Part shown: piece after piece, positions 24,366-31,102 of the stretch | How positions within the stretch are numbered: position 1 is the first letter of the stretch | How the letters are laid out: the number at the start of each line of letters is the position of its first letter | Assembly: GCF_004010195.1 (NCBI RefSeq) | Contig: NC_057728.1 | Location: forward strand, 52,007,459-52,038,560 | Length of the DNA stretch: 31,102 bases | Origin: Chiloscyllium plagiosum | Taxonomy: Eukaryota | Direction: 5' to 3' | The notes under the pieces: generated by a model | The model's input: only the letters and a program-made list of their open reading frames with translations | Database searches by the model: none | What the model was told of the DNA's origin: nothing | Program-made: the position numbers and the translations under genes

Positions 24366-24734
24366 CTACAATAGGAATGACAGACACCAGCAATATTAGC
24401 ATTTTCCATCGGCAGGGTAACATTTGCTTATGGTAATGAAGCATTGTTGGTGGCTTGAATTCAGAGCAGAGATTGGTGTTTCTCTTACACTCCATGCCAT
24501 CTGGCTTTGGCAAGTAACTGTACTGGACTCAGCACCAATTGCCTTTAAAAGGTATCCACGAATTAATAAAGGAGCATATGTATCCTACACAAGGTTCAAA
24601 ATTCACTGTTCGGATATTGCGTTTCAATTTTGGTCATTAAATTAAAGTCCTGTAAAACCCAAGAATAGGACAAAAAGCACAAATCAACTGCGATTGAATT
24701 GTAAGCAACTGAGTTCAACTCAACTTCAGAACTT

Positions 24735-26530
24735 AAAACTCATAATTTAGAAGATTTTTCTTAAGATGATGAGAGTTTTGACAAAGAAGACATTATTCCA
24801 TCTGGCAAGTGAATCAGAGGTCAGAGATTCAAATCATTGACAAAATATCTAATTAGGAGATGAGAAGATTTTCACTTGGATTTGCCAGAATCTGGAATGC
24901 TTGACTTGAGAGGGTGTGAAAACTGATTCCATGAATTATTTTCAAAGGGAGTTGGACAGAAACACGAGGATGAGGAGCTTACTGAGTAACAGAACAAAAT
25001 GCAACATCTGGGAGAAACCGCAAGTAAAAATGGTCTCCTTATGTGCTGAAGTTACAATGATTCTATACAACTACTATCTACTACACTGTTTTTGGCATTG
25101 TTCCTCAATTTTATAAAAGGATGTTTCCTGTGCTGTCTGAAACAAGCAATTGGGAAAACTGCATTTTCTAAATTTGGGTTTTTGTCAATTGTACAAAAGA
25201 AATAAAATTGAATTTTGACTAATTTTCCAGTTATTCAGGGAATAAACTCAATATATTTTAACATACATCCACTTTCTCTAAATGAGCAAGGAGGTGAAAA
25301 TCATTTCTGAGCAACCAGTGCCTTTTCTTCTCAACCACATAGTGCAATAGCTCTGACTTTCAGCAGCAATAGGTTCGAATTGTTCATTTAGCCACAACGT
25401 GAAGAAAGATAACACAAAAACTAGGAGCGGAAGTAGGTCATTCAGCCCTTCAAGCCTGCTCATCATTCAATATGATCACAGCTCTAAACACTACCTTTCT
25501 GCTTTCTTTCCATACACCTTGAAGGTGGTCAGATGAACTAGATTGATATCAGGACTAAAAGGCTTAAATTAGGAGATGAGATCGACACCAGTAGGCTACT
25601 CATCCCCATAAAGCTGCTCTGCCATTCAGTTAAGAAGTTGGTTGATCTGACAGTAACCTTAACTACACTTTCCAAACTGTTCCCCATAGTTTTAAAAACA
25701 CTATCAAAAATTTATCAAACTCAGTCTGAAATATATTCAGCAACTCATTTTACAGTGGTATCTAAGAAAGGGAATTCCAAAGATTCACAACCCACAGTTT
25801 AAAAAAACTCCTCTGCCTCACTATGGGAGACCCCTTATTCTTAAGGCATCCTCTAGTTTTGGATCCACATGAGAAGAATCATCCTCTGACTCTATCCTAT
25901 CAAGCCCCTCTTTATGTCTTATTTGTTTCATTCTTCAAAACTTTAACAAGCATAAGCCCCACTTTCTCAATGTTTCCAAGGACAATACCGTCATTACAGG
26001 AATCAGCCAAATGGGTGCATAAACTTGAAATCTTATGTTTTTGAGTTTAGAAGGTTGAGCGACAATTTAATTGAAATGTCAAAATGATTTGATTGGATAG
26101 AAACATTTTCCACAGTTGGGAGAACTCAGAACAAGACTGTAAAAAAGGAGAGCTTTAAAATGAAAGTGCCTTGGGATATGTATTAGTGTGAAGGTCATAT
26201 ATAAATGCAAGTTGTCATTGTATAGTTTGATGACTCTGGAATGAAATAGGGAAGCACTTTACCCACACAATGGCTTGTAGAAATAATCAGAATTCTGATG
26301 GTACAGAAGGAGGCCATTCGGCCCATTGTGCACCCACCAGCTACATTCTCTTCCCCCAGAGGAGATGGATGCCAAATTGTTGAATATATTTAGTGCTGCA
26401 ACAATCTTGGGGAAAATCAAGGGATATGGGTACTCTGCAAAAATGTGCAGTGAATGCTGAGAACCAGCCGTGATCGGCCTAAATGGTACAGCAGGCTTAA
26501 AGGGCCAGGTAGTCTACTCCTGTTCCTATT
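24735..26530. mobile_element. Cluster of old CR1 fragments (about 24735-25070 +, 25410-26000 -, 26020-26530 +)
   Basis: Degenerate WN.L, FK.ELD, RRL..NLIE motifs and ggccattcggccc / tggtacagcaggcttaaagggcc tails. Confidence 0.6.
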
Positions 26531-27264
26531 TACAATGTAATTAAAACAGACCTATACCTCAAAATCTAGTCTGAACGTGAGAAAATAGTAATCTATTTTA
26601 TGCAGTGTGATGATCAAAAGTTTAATTACTTTTTCAATATTTAACTTTATGCAGTGCAATTGATAGTTGTCCATTTACTATAGTGCCAAATGTGAACTGT
26701 TTTAAAACTTCTCACCTAGTGCCAGGCTGTTTAACAATAACAAAGAACATGTTTTCAAAGCCAGCACGAAAACAAGAAAATGCTAAACTGGTTTCCTGCT
26801 GCTTTCACAGAAGCTGGCCCCGCACGGTGGTAGTCAGTGGGGGCAACTCACTGTGGTATCCAGATGGTCCTGAAACGTTTTTGTACTAGCTTATCTGGAA
26901 CTCTGCCACATTAATACAAGTGAGGAGAAAGTCCCACCAAGGCTTCCAACACCAAAACAAGGATGGATTACCCTGACTGAGCGCACTTCATGTAACTAAG
27001 ACAGGTGTACAGAGGTCAAAATTTCTTAGGAATGAATAGAGAACTTTGCATTACTATGGAGCCATGCCAGACATTTTCATAAGTTACATGATCACATCAA
27101 ACTCTATTCAATAACGACAATAACTTTATTTTTTCTGAACAAAGCTTTCACTTAAACAGGCTATCAAAGGTTTTTGCTGGCAGAAATAGCAAAGCTGCTG
27201 AAAAGACACTGACTGACGGATGGAACATGACACTGCACTGAAGGTGTTCACCTCTGACTGACTG

Positions 27265-27485
27265 ATTGGTTAGCACTGTTGCTCCATGTCAGAAGTGTAT
27301 GGACTCAAGTCCTCGCTCCATAGTGGAAAAAGAAAACAAATTCAAATGAAGTAAGAGAGTGCTGCATACTCAGGGATGTCATCTTGTAGCTGAGACCTTA
27401 AACCTTTTCTTTCTCTCTAAGTGGATCCAATGGCCAAGGTAGGGAGTTTTCCCCAAGTACCAGCCAATATTTGTCCCTCAATTGA
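27265..27485 (+). mobile_element. Deu-domain SINE (decayed)
   Basis: ttggttagcact head; gagtgctgca...tgagaccttaaacc...gggagttttcccc...gccaatatttgtccctcaa. Confidence 0.65.
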
Positions 27486-28099
27486 AAGCTCTCAGCTCAG
27501 CTTCACCAGATCCCAGAAAAGGCAATCTCCTACTCTTCGTATTACTTTTAAACTTATTTTATTTCAGGCTTCATGAGAGAACGAATGGTACTTGTGCCTG
27601 CTTTACTGTGCAATAAATTGTTATCCAAACTGTGGGAGAAGCAGGTTACATAGATTACCGAACTACACAAGAAAGTGCTGTACAAGAGGATGATGTTTTT
27701 AATTGAAGTTCAGCAAACTAACAGCAAATCACTTTCTCAAGTCTCTAAGTGCACATCAAGCAAAAGAATAGAAGGGTTTGACAGGCAATTCAGTACATCG
27801 TCATGATCTATTGCTTTGAGCCATACAGTCTTCCCACACAGACGTTAATATTCACTTGCAGCACCACGGTCCATCATATCATGGGGAACCACTGCCCTCT
27901 CCTGGTAACTGACCGAATGAAACATCCATATTATGATAAAAGATTTTTTTCAAATCAAGTCAAACAAGAATTTTATTAAGCTAGTTAAAGGAATTGAATA
28001 GCTCAAGCAATAGGATCGAACGTTATGTTCCCAAATTAGACTGTTGTTGGTTTCACAAGTACAGAAATCAGTACTTCATTGAAGCAATCAGCCTTTCAA

Positions 28100-28290
28100 C
28101 GTTAAGTCTGGCAGCATCCGTGGAAAGAGAAAGAAAAAGAATGAATGTTGAGTCCAATTCTCAGAAGGGAAGAAAAGTCACTCTGAACTCAAAACATTAA
28201 CTGTTTCTTCTCCACAGATGCTACCTCATCTGCTGAGGTTCGCCAACACTCTATTTATTCTAAACCTCTCATCATCTGCAGTATTTTTTG
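28100..28290. mobile_element. Decayed fold-back Penelope-related element
   Basis: gtctggcagcatccgtgga ... tccacagatgctac...ctgctgag ... catctgcagta; related to 22641-22821 and 17295-17380. Confidence 0.55.
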
Positions 28291-28434
28291 ATTGTATTTT
28301 TGATTTTTAAATTTAATTTCCTTTTTGAGATGATAGATTTAAAATTATTAATTGAGCTGTGATAAATAGATTTGGAAACACAGAGGGGAGGAACAGCAAT
28401 TGACTTTTTCACACTTTGTGTTGAATGTTGAGCA

Positions 28435-29575
28435 GGTTCAATCATGACTGATCATCCAACTCAGGACGATCTTTCCGCTTTCTCCATACACCTTTGATCC
28501 CTTTAGTCCTCTGAACTATACCTAACCCCTTCATGAAAACATTCAATATTTTGGCCTCTACTTTGTGGTAGAGAATTCCACAGGCTCCCAACTCTCTGGG
28601 TGAAGAAATTTCTCATCTTAGTCCTTAATGGCCTACACTGTGTCCTTAGACTGTGACCATTGTTCCAGACTCCCCAGTCATTGAGAACATCCTTCTTATG
28701 TTTTTCCTGTACAAACCAGTTAGAACTTTCTTGGTTTTTATTAGAATCCCCCTCATTCTAAACTCCACTGAATATAGTCCTAACCAATCCAGTCTCTCTT
28801 CAGTAAATATTCCTGGGATGGCAGGACTCAATCTGTAAACCTTCATTGCACTCCCTCCAGAGTCAGAACAGCCTTCTTCAGATAAGGAGACAAAATCTAC
28901 ACACAGTATGCCAGGTATGGTCTCACCAAGGCCCTGTACAGCTGCAGCATGACATCCATCCTCTGTATTAGAATTCTCTTCCTATAAAGGCCAACACATA
29001 ATTTGCTGTTTTCAGCGTCCGCTACACCTGCATGCTAACTTTCAATGACTGGTGTACACAAGGTCAAACTTACTGCCACTCAGATAATCATCTGCTTTTC
29101 TGTTTTTGTTACCAAAGTGGATAAGCTCATATTTGTCCACATTACACTTCGTCTGCCATGCAGGTGTCCATTCACTCAACTTGTTCAATTCACACTGAAG
29201 CTTCTCCACATCCTCAGTTCATCCTCCCACCCAGCCAGATTTGAGTCACCTGCAAACTTGGGAAATATTATATTTAGTTCCCTCATCTAAAGGATTAATA
29301 CATATTGTGAATAGCTGGGGTCCAAGCACTGATCCTGGCAGTACCCCACGAGTCAGTGGCTGCCAATTAAAAAAGGATCTTTTCTCCCCCCACTCTTTGT
29401 TGTCTATCTGCCAATCAATTCTTCATTCCTGTCATTACATTACCCTAAATCCCAGGCTAATCTCTTATGTGGGATCTGATCAAAAGCCAGAGGTTCAAGT
29501 AAACTACAGGCTGCCTTTAATAAACTCTGGTGGTTACATCCTTGAAAAAAAAAATCCAGTAGATTTGTCAAGTGT
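28435..29575 (-). mobile_element. CR1 LINE ORF2 3' half (antisense, decayed)
   Basis: ORF 28646..28846 reads EERLDWLGLYSVEFRMRG.LIKT.K.LTGL; antisense PQGSVLGPQLFTI-like and KFAGD motifs at 29240-29350. Confidence 0.88.
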
Positions 29576-29619
29576 GTTTTTACTAGACAAAGTAGAACAG
29601 GACATTAGTTTAAGGCAGT

Positions 29620-29982
29620 TTTTTTTATTCATTGACAGGATGTGGATGTCACTGGCTGGTCCAACATTCATTACTCATCTCTAATTGCCCAGGAGGCAGT
29701 TGAGAGTCAACCACATTGCTGTGCATTTAGAGTCACATGTAGGCCAGGCTAGTTAAGGATGGCAGTTTCCTTCTCTAAAGACCGTAGTTTTTCCTGACAA
29801 TTAAATTACCATCACTAGACTTTTAATTCCATCTACCATGGCAGGACTTGAACCCAGGTCCCCAGAACATTACCTCAGTCTGGAAATGAACCTTTCAGCT
29901 CAGCGAGCAAACCTACATTCAAAACATTACCGGAGTCTCCAGATTAACAGTTGAATGATAATATCACAGGTCATTGCCTCCC
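29620..29982 (-). mobile_element. tRNA-derived shark SINE carrying a 48-bp Penelope-tail insertion
   Basis: Antisense SINE body and B box (ggacttgaacccag); insert 29875-29922 matches PLE tail 11985-12024; 9-bp TSD aacattacc. Confidence 0.8.
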
Positions 29983-30396
29983 TGTGAATGGAGTCAAGCC
30001 ACAGGTCAGTCACATTTTCAGCGAATGATGGAACAGGCTCACAAGTCTGAATGGCTTCCCCCAAACTGAAGTTCTGAAGTCTTGGAGGTGGGCAGGTATA
30101 AAGCTACATATTCACTTGCTGCATAATTGCTCATATACTTGCACACTTTTTGATGGAGTGAACACATGAGCCACAGCATTATTTCCAACCCGAACTCTTA
30201 AATCTCTACTCCAGCACACTTCAACTGAGTGTTTCAAACAAATGAAAACAGAGAACTGTGGGAAAGACACAGCATATTAGTCCGTACCTAGAAAGAGAAA
30301 AGCAGTTTTGCCAAGCTCCCTTCATCATTCATCACAAACTTGGCACCTTCTCATCATAATTAGAGTGGAGCATCGTTTAGCCCCATAGCCTGTTCC

Positions 30397-30925
30397 ATCA
30401 TGTACGTGGCAGGTACTCATGCAACTCAACCAACGTTGCCTATCGCATACGTGGCAGACAAGGATGCCCTGAGGCATGGTACTTTGGCGAGACCAAGCAG
30501 AGGCTATGGCAACGGATGAATGGACACCGCTCAACAATCAAGAGTGCTCCCTCTCAGTGGGAGGGCACTTCAGCGTTCCAGGACATTCAACCTCGGACCT
30601 TCGGGTGACCGTCCACCAAGGCGGGCTTCAGGACAAGCAACAACACAAAGTGGCCGAACTGAGGCTGCTGACCAAGTTTGGTACGCATGGGAATGGCCTC
30701 AACCGGGACCTTGGGTTCATGTCACACTATAGGTGACCCTATTGCACCCCACACACACAAGTTTGTGGGGTGAATTTGTACTTGCAGAATTGCATTTTAT
30801 TTTGCTCAAAAACTGCATGAATCCATGCAAGATTCTGTAAATCCATTTTTTAGATTGGAATCAGCCTGACCAGTCTCACACAGAGCAGCGCTCACTTTAA
30901 ATGCATTATCTGGGTTAACATGACG
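30397..30925 (+). mobile_element. Penelope-like element GIY-YIG endonuclease fragment and 3' region (frameshifted)
   Basis: YSCNSTNVAYRIRGRQGCPEAWYFGETKQRLWQRMNGHRSTI, then shifted frame VGGHFSVPGHSTSDLRVTVHQGG...AELRLLTKFGTHGNGLNRDLGFMSHY. Confidence 0.88.
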
Positions 30926-30932
30926 GTAGGTA

Positions 30933-31102
30933 AAAACAATGACTGCAGATGCTGGAAACCAGATTTTGGATTAGTGGTGCTGGAAGAGCACAGCAGTTCA
31001 GGCAGCATCCGAGGAGCAGTAAAATCGACGTTTCGGGCAAAAGTCCTTCATCAGGAATAAAGGCAGAGAGCCTGAAGGGTGGAGAGATAAGTGAGAGGAG
31101 GG
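30933..31102 (-). mobile_element. Penelope-like terminal repeat, truncated by the window end
   Basis: gactgcagatgctgga...gcagcatccgaggagcag.aaaatcgacgtttcgggcaaaag.ccttcatcaggaa; same family as the 2845-3074 arms. Confidence 0.75.

Noticed and set aside
26716..26726. Possible 11-nt microexon (aaacag|CCTGGCACTAG|gtgaga) in intron 9
   Set aside because: Pyrimidine tract is interrupted and nothing else supports it; such AG/GT pairs arise by chance.
26832..26848. CTCF-like motif tcagtgggggcaa
   Set aside because: Needs a gap and mismatches to fit the CCASYAGRKGGC core.
30476..30736. Intact GIY-YIG nuclease gene
   Set aside because: Frameshift near 30540, no RT domain and 5' truncation; a dead Penelope fragment.

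Overview
Eukaryotic DNA from a cartilaginous fish (shark; inferred from the HE1/V-SINE, Deu-SINE, CR1/HER1-type LINE and Penelope repeat content). The whole window lies inside the POLR3B gene (RNA polymerase III second-largest subunit, RPC2) on the minus strand. Eight consecutive coding exons (human exons 10-17; 123, 117, 135, 162, 201, 163, 154 and 75 nt, all GT-AG, one continuous frame) are present; the gene runs off both ends. Introns are packed with decayed CR1 LINEs, tRNA-derived SINEs, Penelope-like elements (PLEs) and a (GAGAGTGT)n microsatellite next to a 64-N gap. The most interesting signal is in intron 16: three non-repetitive exon-like cassettes (8, 116 and 117 nt) with good splice sites, each introducing a premature stop. 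One reads like a decayed duplicate of exon 17. Together they are a candidate AS-NMD 'poison exon' control of Pol III. Also notable are palindromic PLE insertions with TSDs and hammerhead-like CUGANGA-stem-GAAA cores, an 80-bp perfect duplication around a 67-bp LINE tail, and a 118-bp locally templated insertion. Exon numbering and human comparisons rely on my recall of human POLR3B; repeat boundaries are approximate.
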